DNA of 64,000 nucleotides from Ophelia neglecta (Eukaryota). Where the stretch lies: NCBI GenBank assembly GCA_965285935.1, contig OZ260666.1:35960001-36024000 (forward strand), in the 5' to 3' direction. Below are positions 10,672-22,978 of this stretch, one piece after another (the first letter of the stretch is position 1; each line of letters begins with the position of its first letter). The notes beneath the pieces are model-generated. The model was not told where the DNA came from. It saw nothing but the letters and a program-made list of their open reading frames with translations, and did no database searches. Made by a program: the position numbers and the translations under genes.

Positions 10672-11902
10672 TATATATTAAAGTGCATTTTTTGTTAATA
10701 GTTAAGTGGTAAAAGTAATGTGAGCTGTGTTTTTTTTGAGACATTCAATAATACCGGACATCTTTTCTTTTTCTTGCTTATCTATATAAAGATATAGCGC
10801 ATATAGAGACATTTCAACACATGTAGGCCTAGTAAGTTATAGACGCATTGTGTTTAGTACTTACGTACAGACGACACAAAGTAGCATAATATAAAACACA
10901 ATATCAGTGTTTATGATTAAACATTTATTCCACGCGAATTTAACTCAAATTGCTCTTCATCAACGCTATGCTTTGTGCCTTTAGGTACAACTACTTGGTG
11001 CTTTTAAATCGTTGAACCTAATCTGCACATTTGTATTCCTAATCAAGTTTATTTTTCGCTCATGACATTCGTACGCCTGCTGGTGTATACTGCTCCAGAC
11101 TATAATACATTTTCTGCGTCAAGGCCATATTATGAAATGTTTAATTGCTCATAATTATCTCCACTTACCCTTCGTAGATAACTACACAGCTACGCACTCT
11201 CCACTGGTAATGCGGTGAAGATGTGCGAAGAGGATTACCCTCTGCTACTAAGGATAATCTAAACTGTTTAGAAAACGATTTTAATATACGACAAATAAAT
11301 CAATTGAACAATCCATCTATCTTTTTTTTGTTCTTTTATTTTAACTAACAGCAAAATGACACCAGAAGCAAGCTTGCTTTGAGAGTCACATCTCGTCTTT
11401 TAAACTACTGCAGACCACAGTTAAACCAGCTAATAGGCATATAGCATAATCTTAGTACGAGCGCCTCAGAAATAGCAGTGAATACTGTAAGTAGCTGTAA
11501 AAACGAATTCGGGCCGAATTATGGATTATTTCCTGGTTTATTCAAATGATTTTAAACATAGTGGGGGAGCTAGATGTATTTCATTAGTCTTATAAACAGT
11601 TACATGATTTTAACAACTAATATACAGTATAAGCTTAACTAATACAATAAATTATGAAAATATATAATGGTCAGAGAGACCATACTTAGATCCTAGAAGG
11701 ATGACTATCGGATGACCACCATAGGAAGAATATTAAGTAAAATAACAAAAACACTTGATAAATACATTGCCTGAAAGGTCAAAAACTGAAACAAACTTAC
11801 ACCGTGTCACTCAGGTTTAATAATATATTAATTTTCGGTATTTCTAGAATAATGAAAGAAAGGAAAACAGATCCATTGCTGGTGATAACCATACACCTGT
11901 AA

Positions 11903-12380
11903 ATGGGGGGAGCGCGGCAGCAGTTGAGGCGACCATATGTCGCAAATTTTGTACTTTTGTACCCTATTTTGGGGGTAGGCACGCAGGTATGCACCGGTAA
12001 TAAGAAACAAGAAGAGGAAACGTACTCATTTGTATATGGCATATTTGAATACAAACCATCACCTACAGGAAACACTACTAACAACCATGATACTACTCCT
12101 CAAAGACGGCTCAGTACGAGAATCTCGCTACAGAAATCCCGTTTGGACGTTTTGGAATGTATTCATTGGAATGCATAGAGAAAAATACAACCATCCTTAT
12201 TTCAGGGCCAATCCTACCAAGTGTAACATTTTTAGTAGACCTTGGCTGGAATGTGTCCTCTTTAGACTGATGAAAATAGATTGATGAATGGTATAAATAA
12301 ATAAATATATAACGTTTATGTTAATGTTTAATTGATACTTCGAATAACACATGATGGAAGTCATCCCCCCCCCCCCGCCT
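11903..12380 (+). mobile_element. HINE/pearl-like non-autonomous element (putative)
   Basis: G-run 5' end followed by accctatttt; 3' end ggaagtcatcccccccccccc; same terminal architecture as 14636-15162 and 38273-38580. Confidence 0.4.
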
Positions 12381-14635
12381 CCTACGCTGCAAGTTACAGT
12401 ATCACCTAATGCATAGCCCCAAACTTCCCTATAATAACCCCTCACCATACTTTTAAACATAACTTCATTTCTGTGTAAACTTATCTGGTCAAGGCAGCGA
12501 ATTGGGTCAAACAGATGTGACAGGTCATCCATGCTGCTCATTACAACTCTCCTAGCTTGACCTGACAATAAACAACAGAACATGTATATCTGTCCAGGCA
12601 TTTATTCGAAGTTAAATTGAGACGCACGTTAAGCTAATTTTTCTAACAGTGGCCCAGCTAGGGACCTTTTTCAGAAAGATGCGATAGTCAAAAATCGACT
12701 AATTTAAAGAGTTATATAAATTCCTTCTTAAATAACTTTCTTAAAATACTTGAGTTGTATTTTGTTACAGCTTTTAGAGTAATTGTTTTCAGGGTTGGAT
12801 GATAGCAGGAAGTAGGGGTCATGATTTTATTATCTTTGATGAGGTTAGATGACTGTAGTTACTATGAGGACGTGGATTCGGACACCAGCCATCCTACTAC
12901 ATGGAGACATACAGGGCTTGATTATCTCTGTGCAGAATAGACTCATACGGTCAGGGAGGATTTGATAAGGCATCCAGCAGAGGGGCAATCTGGTTTGTGT
13001 CAGCCGTCCCCGCTGAGGTCTGAGCCTACAATTGCAATATTTAAACGCTCCTCCATGATATGTCAGGTCCCTTCTGTTGCCTTCTAGTGACTCCTAGGGC
13101 CTTGCAGGCAAAGCCATTCAAGGGCAATGCAGGGCATTCCATGGTCTTCAGGTTCTTTCTGGGCCGACCATAGCCTGTCAAGACCTATAAGCTACTACAT
13201 GTACCTTGATCCAGGACATGCCATGGCTCCCAGCGCATGTCAAGCCGAAGCAGTCTATGCCAGGCAGCCATTCGGGGCTTTCAAGACTTTCGGGGCTTTG
13301 GGCCTGCAAGACCCAGCTAGGGCATTCTCCAGCCTATCCGGGCTTGCCTAATCATGTCAGATGCTGCTCCTCTTCTAGCTGACTAACAAGTGACTGTGAA
13401 AACTTCCTGGCCTGGACCCCCACCTAACTCAGACAACCTGCCCTGTGGTCAGCCTAGATGAAAACAGGCGACTGTATCCACAACTGGGACGGCTCGTAAA
13501 AAAGCCACCGAAAGGCCAAGGCCACTGAAAAGTCAACTGTCTCGCTTCAGGTTTAATACTCACATGTTTTAGTCCTAGTGGAAACAACAAAGTCAATGTA
13601 AGACTAGGTTCACTTTCGCATAATGCCAATTTGCTACCAAACTCGCAGGCATGAGGCGAAAACACTGAAATGTCATAGAGCCGCAGACTATTGGAGGCTG
13701 GCGTGACCCACATAAATATCGTCTATGGTAGGGATGCGCACTGCGCTGAGTATGAGATAAACAGGTAATCATATGGAGAGGAAAACAAGTTTATTTTCCA
13801 ACTAATGAAAAAGTCTTTTGAGTTGTTTGGGCCGAGGTTATAGGCCTTTTAGTGAATAAAAGTAGTGTCTTTTTGCATAGACCTACAAACAACAGTGCAT
13901 CGCCACATACTCTTGAAAATAATTAAAAATAATAAGAATGCGATTAGACAAAAAAAGATTGTTCGAAAGTAATTGGACGCCTTGAGATAACTTTTAGATT
14001 GACTTGTCAGACACACAGACAATTGGCTAGGCAGATTTGGGAAAAATCCGACTATTGGTACTGCCTTGCCTTCAAAAACGTCCCTTCCTAGGGGTACACT
14101 ACACTACACTACACCAGCATACGAAGTGAGACACCCCCTCCTCCAGCACCTCCAGGGGTGTGTCTGCCTGCTGGTAGTAAACGCGGAGGATATACATATA
14201 TATCAAAATGGCGTATCCAAATTTACAATATTCAATGTACATGTATGTGTGTGGTGGTGGGGGGGGGGGATCCCAGTTTAGTACAATTGTTTAGGGAGGG
14301 AAAGGAATGCGTCAATTATGCACGATCCAAAAACCATGTCGCGATCACAGCGCCATGAATTTAATTTATTAATAATATTTTTTCATATGTTGTATACCTC
14401 TCTTAAGTACGACCTGAAATTACAGGCTGCACATTTGTTACAGTACAAATACCTCATTCCGCGGGAGTCCCACCACAAGCTAAAATTACTTTCCATACTG
14501 TTAGCCATCTTTATGGCGGGATTTCTGTTTTATGGCCCACGTCAGACATCCATTGGTTCTGATGCATCTTGAATAGATCTAGGTACGTGTATCTTAGCTG
14601 CCTAGCAATGGAAGGCGATACACAACACCAAGACC

Positions 14636-15162
14636 GCGCCCCTGGGGCAGGGGGGTACCCTGGGGCAGGGGGGTACCCCGTATTCTTGATATATAAACAA
14701 TAGGCCTAGTATTGTGAAGATATGTGAAAACCCTATTTTACATGTAGCTTTAAGAATCCCCCAAATAGCTGATCTAGCCCCCAGTATGGCATCTGTGCTT
14801 TAGGTCTAGATAAAAATGTCGCGGTCAACCACCAGAGATCTTAGCACAAAATAATATGAAAGCTGATTACTGAACAAGCATAATTAACCAAATGGGATAT
14901 TGGGCACCCCACTGGATATTCATCATAGATTTGTAGTCAGCCATTGTTACCAGCTGCAGCGAGTTCGTTGTCGAGATAAATTGGTGTTGTTCATGGGCCT
15001 AAATGGTTCTATTTTTTCCCGATGGCATGACAAGTTATCCTTAGATACCTTTATAAATGCGTATATCAACGCGTGTCCATACTGCAGAAAAAAATCAGCG
15101 TCTTTATCGGCATGATACAAGTTTTTTCCCCGAGTGCCCCCCTGCCCACCCCGCGCCAGGGA
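14636..15162 (+). mobile_element. HINE/pearl-like non-autonomous element with duplicated 18-bp 5' terminus
   Basis: cctggggcaggggggtac x2 at the 5' end, aaaaccctatttt motif, and 3' cccgagtgccccc complementary to the 5' gggggtac end. Confidence 0.45.
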
Positions 15163-15471
15163 GCCGCATCTGTAACTGAAGTAGGTCGTGTTCCCCACTC
15201 GGAGAGAGATCATTCATGACCGAACGCACTCGCTGTAGAGAGCACCCTAGTCATTGAGCCGAATATATTTTAACTGTAAACATTTATGTAGTTGACAAAA
15301 TAGTTGGATAATTACACTAGGAACATTTCCTTGGAATAACTATAGTTTGAGGAACACTGGTATTATATACAAGACCTATTTTTGTGCAAGGACTAACCAG
15401 CTACTTTCAGGATACCACTGAAAATCTTCTTGGAAATCTATAGCCGAAGTTGACTGTCTACAATAATCAAG

Positions 15472-15537
15472 ATGGGTCTAGGCGGTTGTCACACCTGCAT
15501 CAAATATTTGATGTTTTTCTTCAATTTCCTGTTCTGG
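15472..15537 (+). CDS. Tetraspanin B coding exon 1
   Basis: aagATGG; MGLGGCHTCIKYLMFFFNFLFW; donor gtgagt. Confidence 0.93.
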
Positions 15538-18500
15538 GTGAGTTAATGGTTCTCATTATCTCGATCGCCCTTTTGGTCTTAAAAATATCACATTACTTTT
15601 GTTTCTCGGCCTTGTTTATTATGACCTATTCAAATAACAAATCGCCTTGCCAAGTCGACAGTGGCAGCCTGAGCTACAGTTGTTGGACCAAGTAGGCCGA
15701 CAGTGTGGAATAGCACCAGGCAAATACCAAAAACGCTTGTTTTATTTCCTCTTTTTTTGCACAAAATACCGAGAGGGGCAGACTATTTATAGCTAAAGCA
15801 AGTAGCAGCTAACGCCACATTCTTGCTATACATATGTACGTTATTTATCGGTAACTACATGTGCCATGTACAAAATCTGTTGATCATATTCATAGATACT
15901 GCTTTCTAGGTAGGCTAGCTCTTAAAAATGGAATAAAAATATCATTAGTTATACTCTAATTGTGTCTCTAAAGCATATTTACTAAAGTTAACTAAAGTTT
16001 ACGTATAAAACGATTTAATCTGAAATGCTTGTACATTTTATGTTAACAAAAACCTGTTCAGGGTCCACACTATAATAGCCGATTTATTGGTTAAATGAAC
16101 AGATTGACACTTGGCAAAGAATCGGTGCAAGATGACAATCATACTAATGTTCACTTCCGGGGAACATTAGAAAATTAAAACAGGGGCAGGTCTATGCACA
16201 TCCCCCTCCCCGGGCCTGGCGGCCACGCCCATCCCCTGCTGTACACCTTACCTTGTAGTAAATACATGTACTTTAGCTCCCGAGTAGGAGCACAAACCAG
16301 CCCTCATGTCCTCGGTGGATACAGGCAGCAGTCTCAATATTCAACGGACAAGCTGAAATCTGCATATTTAGCTTGATTAATTATTCGTTTGTGCAAAAGT
16401 TATTTTAAAATGACGTTAGGACAGTTAGGGGACATAGCTTTCGCCTTTATTCATAACAAGAAAATAACGATGCGCCTTTGACTTTAAAACCCTTACTATC
16501 ACCATCGGCGCACCATAACTATTCACTTCGCTCTATTTCATATATTATGAGGATAGCTTTCACTCTAAAAGTCACCGCGGTTAAATCCGTCTGTGACTGC
16601 AACTTAACATCGTCACTTGTCACGGCAATCCCTACCACTGTACACATAAGTGCGTCGGGAGAGATGCTCTGGGGAACGAGAATGGCAACTTAATGGATGC
16701 CAACGCCCCTGTCAACGATAGAAGCCATATTAAACACTGATATTATGTAGGCAGCTGTCGGAGCGATGGGAAGTTATATATAGGCCTACCCCAGCGCGTT
16801 GGCTCCGGTAATACTCTGTTCAACCCGGTGCACGGACTGAAAGTAACAGGGAAAAAAGTCTTCGAAAAAGTATCAATTTTCCCTAGGCATAAAAGTAGCT
16901 GGAAAAAAGGCATCAGGGGAAAAGTATCACCTAATATTCTGGTCTCAATACAACAAGAAACAGATGAATTTCGTCCAAACTATATTTATAGTTTGTAATA
17001 TTGTGAAAAAAATATTTAAAAATGCTCAACTTCCTACAGAAAAAAAAAACTACAGAGAAAATAATAAATGTAAGCTATTATGCCAAACTAAAAGTTGATA
17101 AAAGCTAACAAACATATAAATTTATTCCTACACCAGGCAAATATTTATGATTATACATTTTCTCACACCAGACAATAATAAGTTCCCCGCATTCTTCTGA
17201 TGTAGTGAAGTAATTTCTTGAAAACCATATCCTCATTAATTGTCTCCATTAATTGCTATGCACGGCTTTCATTGTATAATGTATTGGTTAACGAAGGGTT
17301 TTTTGACAATCATTGACAAGGAAGAAAGGAATAAATCATACAAAACTTACATTGGCTAGAATTGTCATTTTCATATTGATACTTTTCCGCTGATGGCTTA
17401 TTTCTTGATATTTTTTTCTGATACTTTTTTCCTGACGCTTTCTGTCCTATATTCTGTTCAACCGATGCAGATTTTACAGCCCACTTAGAAGCCGTTGTCC
17501 TGAAGTCTGATATCCCTAACAGGCGGTGCAATGCAAATGCCTTTCCATGCCCGTTATTGCCATGGAGATGACATATTTTCAAATTCTTCTCGTGTACACA
17601 CTCATTCTACAGGGAAAGTAAACCTGTACAATGATGCTGCTGGTACACGAATATGTACTGAAGTAGAGACGAAAGAAGACTTTTAAGTTTTAGAAACAAC
17701 CAGCTCTGAATGTTCTCTAGATCATTCACTGTACCTTTTAGGGTTCCAGATTAAAATGTATTGGCATATATGAAATATATAGGCCCACAGTGAAACCAAC
17801 TCGGTGGTTTTCCCAGTATTAAGCTTGTTGTTCTTGTAGTAGCATGCCTTATCCTTAAGTGCCTTGCTCAAAGTATCCAAAGTTCAGAGCAACTTTGCCC
17901 CAGATTGATTTGGGGTTGGTAATGAATGAAGAATTTAATAATGATATATGATCATTACCTTTATTATTCAAAATATGGTATAAAAATAAATAATGATAAT
18001 TGACGCCTAAGGGTACATATACCTGTATTGGTCTCAATTATAAAGAATCATTATAAGTTGCGCTATGTTTAGAATTAGAAAATCTACAATACAATAGAGT
18101 AAAACCGACAGGGTGCATTGCTGTACATGGCACAAATGATTGGGAACACTAGTACCAGAGTTATATGTAACAATATATAAATATTCATGCGTACATGACA
18201 GATTTACGAGGGAAAAGTTTTTTCGATCTTCTTGTGAAAGAGGGGAAATCTTTAGTTTGAAATTAACGGAATCAACGATAGCGCAGATCTGCGTTGCATG
18301 TTGGTCCTTAGGTTGATTTCTCGTTAAAAGTTTGTGGTCTCCAACTGTTGGAGTGTTAGCAGTGGAGATAAAATTGGAGAGAAATGTTATTAACTCTCCG
18401 AATAAAAGATGTTGAGGTGCAGCTTCGAATTGCTGATGAAAGTGGTCGACAAGCTACTTCCAAAACAAATAGTTTTGCGCTAGCTATACAGTAGATGACA

Positions 18501-21500
18501 AGAAATATTTGAAAGTTTATTGCAGGAAATTGTGATATGTCTCCGATTTGAACATTCTTCTTGGATATTCAACTTTGACTTAATAAGCAGTACGTTGTGT
18601 TAAATTATAGCTGAATATGTAATGAATAAGATAAGCAAGGCACTGAACTTACTCAATACTAATAAACTTCCTTCTTAGTACTGACATTACATAATTGAAA
18701 GTAGTGAACTTTTTTAGCTCAAGATGATTTCTTTTTATCGACATTTCTTAGTTATGATTGCTTCTTCTTTGAAGGAATGCCTTATTATTCAACATCTTAT
18801 CCATCGTTCTTTTCAGCTGCTGGGATGTGTCCTGCTTGGAATTGGTATTTGGGTTTTAGTAGACAAAAATTTTGCGCAGTACTTTGACAACGTAGAAGCG
18901 TTGGATGTACTCTACAAAGGGGCCTACGTTCTCATTGTGGTGGGTTCCATTGTAATGGTGCTCGGCTTTCTCGGATGCTGTGGGGCCATCAGAGAGAGCC
19001 AGTGTATGCTGGCAACGGTAAGTTTTAGCTGGTGTATACATTCATCTGTACACAACTGATCTGTAGAGCGCAGGGAATAAGTAAACAGTCTATCCGGCTG
19101 TAGCCAAATAGCATCGCTCTTTAATAAAATAAAAAAAAAGTTTAAACATTAATGGCCTCCCAAACGTAGTGTTCCTCGTGGCGGTTATTCCTAAATATGT
19201 GTTTTCTTGCACTGTGAATTTATCATTACTTTGGCAAAACTATGATTTTACCACAAAAAGGCCGAGACTGCAGAATAAATCAGACTCAATGTCTGTCATT
19301 ATGTAGTATTAGGTTGTACCATGTACTATTTAAAGACTAGCAATGATACTATATGAAACAAATCTGCTATTTTGTCAATAATGTGCGACAAATTATATTA
19401 ACTTTGTTTAACTGCAAGGCGTCATTATATTAACTTTGTAATGCAAGGCGTCACTAATTCCCCAATTCACTGCCACAAATGCCTCGTATTTAATCTGATC
19501 AATTTCGCATCTAGTCGTGCACATATGTAATTGCATTACAATTTTACATACTGGTTGGGAGCTGTGGATTGTTTTATGTGGGGTTGTGGCTTCTGGATTC
19601 TAATGATTTAATTCAGACCAATTTGATGGACAATTCTTGATTAAATATTTTGCTTTGTCTCCCGGTTACGGTACCCACAGCCGTTTTTCTTTTTTTGGAT
19701 CAACCCCCTTGAAGCACAGTCTCTCCGATTGGCCGTAAGAGATACACATCCGGTATGTTCACCCAATGTAAACAGCCCATATGTACCTAAATGGCGTTAC
19801 GTGCATAGGTCGGGGTGCAATCCACCCAGGTACGGATCTAAACAGTTGTAAGGCATCAAGTTGTATTTCACATTTACATTAGTACTTTTGTCAACAGCGG
19901 TTATTGCTGGACAATAAGTTGAACAAAATAGAAGAATTAAATTCAAATAACATGTAAGTCAGAACACCTGTCCCTCTAAGGACACAGGTACATATTCTTT
20001 TATAATTATAAGATTAAGTAATACATGCTTGCCCAATGCCAGCTGTTTGTAAGGAGGGTTTCCCTTTTCCGAAGTTCATTTACAACGTGCGTTAGCTGGT
20101 TCTTTGTGAGTATTGGGGGAATGCCCCTCCAGAAATATATGATAAAATATACTTTAAAAAACAGTGGATCCACATTTAAAGGTGCTAAACTCGGTGGACA
20201 GATGGCGAGTGACATGAACGACTTAAACGAATTCATGAAAAGCTACTTGAACAACTACTCAAGAATAGCCGGTGCGTCTGGCTTTATCCATTAACTAAGT
20301 GTAGGACGGGAGTTACGCCACTCTGTCCAATTAAGCGAAAAAGAACACAACATGGCCCCTATAAAATATATAACATTATGCCAGAGAGCCTGTTTGATTA
20401 AAACAATTACGAGTTTTTAAATATCTCACTGAACCGGTTCCAAATCAAGACACGGATACCGCAGTAGAAGAGGTGTTTCCGGATTGATAAGAGCCCATCA
20501 TGCAATTGGCATTCTGAAAATAATAACTGTATTTTCGATCGACTATTCATACAACGAAAGCATGTTAAATGAATATGTATTTGCCCAGCTATATTTGATA
20601 TGTTCAGTACATTTTCTTTTATTTGCAGTTCTTCATTTTCCTATTTATCATATTTGCTATTCTACTGGCTGCTGGAATCTGGTGTGTAATGGCCCATGAC
20701 AAGGTAACTGTTGATTATTATTGTTATTGTTATTGATTAACATTATGCACATAAATTGTTGAATTGTTGAACATTATACACCTATATCAAAACATCTTCA
20801 TCTGGTGAATGTACATCCTTGGCCAGTATGATAGAAACACCGGTGATATAACGTGCCCTTATCGCACTTTATTAGAATGAAGTTTAATGAATCAGTTAGT
20901 CAGTTGATGACAGGAAAAAATTTTACAATTTTTTTTCGGCATGCTAACAAAGAACGTCACATACCTTGGTGATTTTAGAAACATAGGTAGCGATTTGTAG
21001 TTGAGACACGAACAACAACACAATTAACTCTTAACTCATTTACTCTTCTTGTTTAACAAATTCGACCTTGTTATATTTAATAAAACATAAAATAGCTTAA
21101 CCTATGGTGTGTTTCCTTTTCAGTTGCGTACTGCGTTGACAGATGATTTGAACGCTTCCGTAGCTAAGTACTATGATGCGAAAGAAAACGACACGAGATC
21201 GAATTTGGATGATCTGCAAGAAAGCGTTAGTATTATGTGCAAGAACAATCACTTTATACTAGACATATTTGAAAACTCCTATTGTCATGGATGATAGTAA
21301 CAACTTATTTGTTTTATCTTACAAGCAACACATATGATAGTGTGACTATTACAACCTTGTAATTTTAATTTCGATCAAGGCCATTATACACGTGTACATG
21401 GTCTCATATAACTGATATGGAACAGGTACAATGAAAAGTTATACTAAAAACTGTGATAGTTATATTAAGTAATAAAGGGGACGACAGTATAATCTGTATA

Positions 21501-22978
21501 AAATATCAGTATAAACTAAATTGAATAAAATTGATTGATCATATCTGCAAACATCAGAATCATTCAGTGGCATATATCTTAGAGTATCAAAGATACTCTT
21601 TATGTCTCCATGGGAAACACTGAACTGTAGTAGTGTGAATGACATGATACTATAGATTATAATAATAACGTCGAACATTGTTATCGGTTATATTTGTATG
21701 TTTATTAGCAAACGTCTGTTTCAATTAATTCGTAAACACCTACCATGTTTGTGTATACCAGTCTTGACCGGTGTACGCCTCAAACAACATTTTCTTTTTG
21801 TAATAATCTGCGTCATAACATCAAAATTGTTCTTTGGACAAAATCCCCTTATGGGGTTAGGAATTAGAAATTGCTAAAACTCTTTCAAGGCATTAAAGCA
21901 AAATGGGGCTAAAACTTATATATTCTAGTTAAAATGTTGCGGATCGGTCAACGGAGCAGACGACTACAAACCAAACCCAGCACCCGCTTCTTGCGGTGAA
22001 TTCGATAAGGTGGTGAGTAACTTAACCGTTTCCTACGTGCAGGATTGTGGTGGGATGAATTCATCCCTAGATCTTTTTGACAAATTTATTTCAAATATTT
22101 ATTATGTTGACTTTGGCTTTGTCATATAATATACAATCAATGAAAGAGGTTCATATCTATAGGAAACATTCTCATTATTAACATAACCTAGAAGTGTCTT
22201 CTTATGTAAAGTAGCAGTCTTAGGCTGCACATTTTGAGAATAGTATCCTTAAATCATTCAGATTATACGAACTATACTATACCAATTTGCATTTGAAAAT
22301 ATGTTGCTCCCTCCGTGAATAATATAACTAAATACCGGCATTTCTGAACAGGAGAGCACTGAGGATTTGATCATTAACAAAAAGTTTCGCAGCGCCCTTC
22401 ACTAAAACGGTTTATTTTTCACATCTTGTATTGCAACGGGTTCCTGAATACTGAATATAATCAATACAGTACGTGTGTTAGATTTGTACTATCAAATGAA
22501 CACTCATGGCTCATTATTTTTATTTGGTCTGTAGCCCTGTGCAGATAAATTGTTTGAGGAAGTCAACAAAAACATTATACGCATCGCCGGAGTCGCCATC
22601 GGTGTTGGCCTTGTAATGGTAGGCTTTATTTAATAATTCCTGGATTTTATTATTGTGGTAATTGGTCACTTTGTGATACTAAAATCTTTTCATGAGAAAA
22701 ACAACATTGTCCAATGTTAAGCTTATTCTTATTTGATTTGGGTTTCCAGCACCACTTTCATTTTTTGCCGATATTCTTAAGAAATTATTTAACATAAAAG
22801 ACTTTAAGATGTTAACAATTAAAGTTGAATACATGTAGAGTCCTAAAATTAGTTAAGTAAACAATACCATATTTTATACTTAAAAACTCATCCCCCTTCA
22901 TTCGATTACACTCGGCAGCTGGTGGGAATGGTCTTCTCCATGTTATTGTGCTGCGCCATCCGCAGGAGCTCTTCCTAA
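15472..22978 (+). CDS. Tetraspanin gene B, CD9/CD81-like, 223 aa; join(15472..15537,18817..19017,20629..20703,21124..21225,21929..22012,22535..22618,22919..22978)
   Basis: All introns GT-AG phase 0, 672 nt total; MGLGGCHTCIKYLMFFFNFLFW...GFLGCCGAIRESQCMLAT...LKCCGSVNGADDYKPNPAPASCGEFDKV-PC...LVGMVFSMLLCCAIRRSSS*. Confidence 0.95.
16826..17454. mobile_element. Mutator-like (MULE) foldback non-autonomous element
   Basis: Flanked by the 9-bp direct repeat TGTTCAACC (16817-16825, 17455-17463); long imperfect TIRs (left ggactgaaagtaacagggaaaaaagt, right reverse complement ggacagaaagcgtcaggaaaaaaagt) built from repeated gaaaaagtatca units. Confidence 0.75.
18817..19017 (+). CDS. Tetraspanin B exon 2
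   Basis: cttttcag acceptor; LLGCVLLGIGIW...GFLGCCGAIRESQCMLAT; donor gtaagt. Confidence 0.95.
20629..20703 (+). CDS. Tetraspanin B exon 3 (TM3)
   Basis: atttgcag; FFIFLFIIFAILLAAGIWCVMAHDK; donor gtaact. Confidence 0.93.
21124..21225 (+). CDS. Tetraspanin B exon 4
   Basis: tttccttttcag; LRTALTDDLNASVAKYYDAKENDTRSNLDDLQES; donor gttagt. Confidence 0.9.
21929..22012 (+). CDS. Tetraspanin B exon 5 (CCG region)
   Basis: attctag; LKCCGSVNGADDYKPNPAPASCGEFDKV; donor gtgagt. Confidence 0.92.
22535..22618 (+). CDS. Tetraspanin B exon 6
   Basis: tctgtag; PCADKLFEEVNKNIIRIAGVAIGVGLVM; donor gtaggc. Confidence 0.92.
22919..22978 (+). CDS. Tetraspanin B exon 7
   Basis: ctcggcag; LVGMVFSMLLCCAIRRSSS-TAA. 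Confidence 0.92.
   Translation: MVGMVFSMLLCCAIRRSSS

Noticed and set aside
17855-17872. SINE central-domain-like taagtgccttgctcaa (similar motif at ~18634)
   Set aside because: Only about 16 nt, with no tRNA-like head or A/B boxes found.
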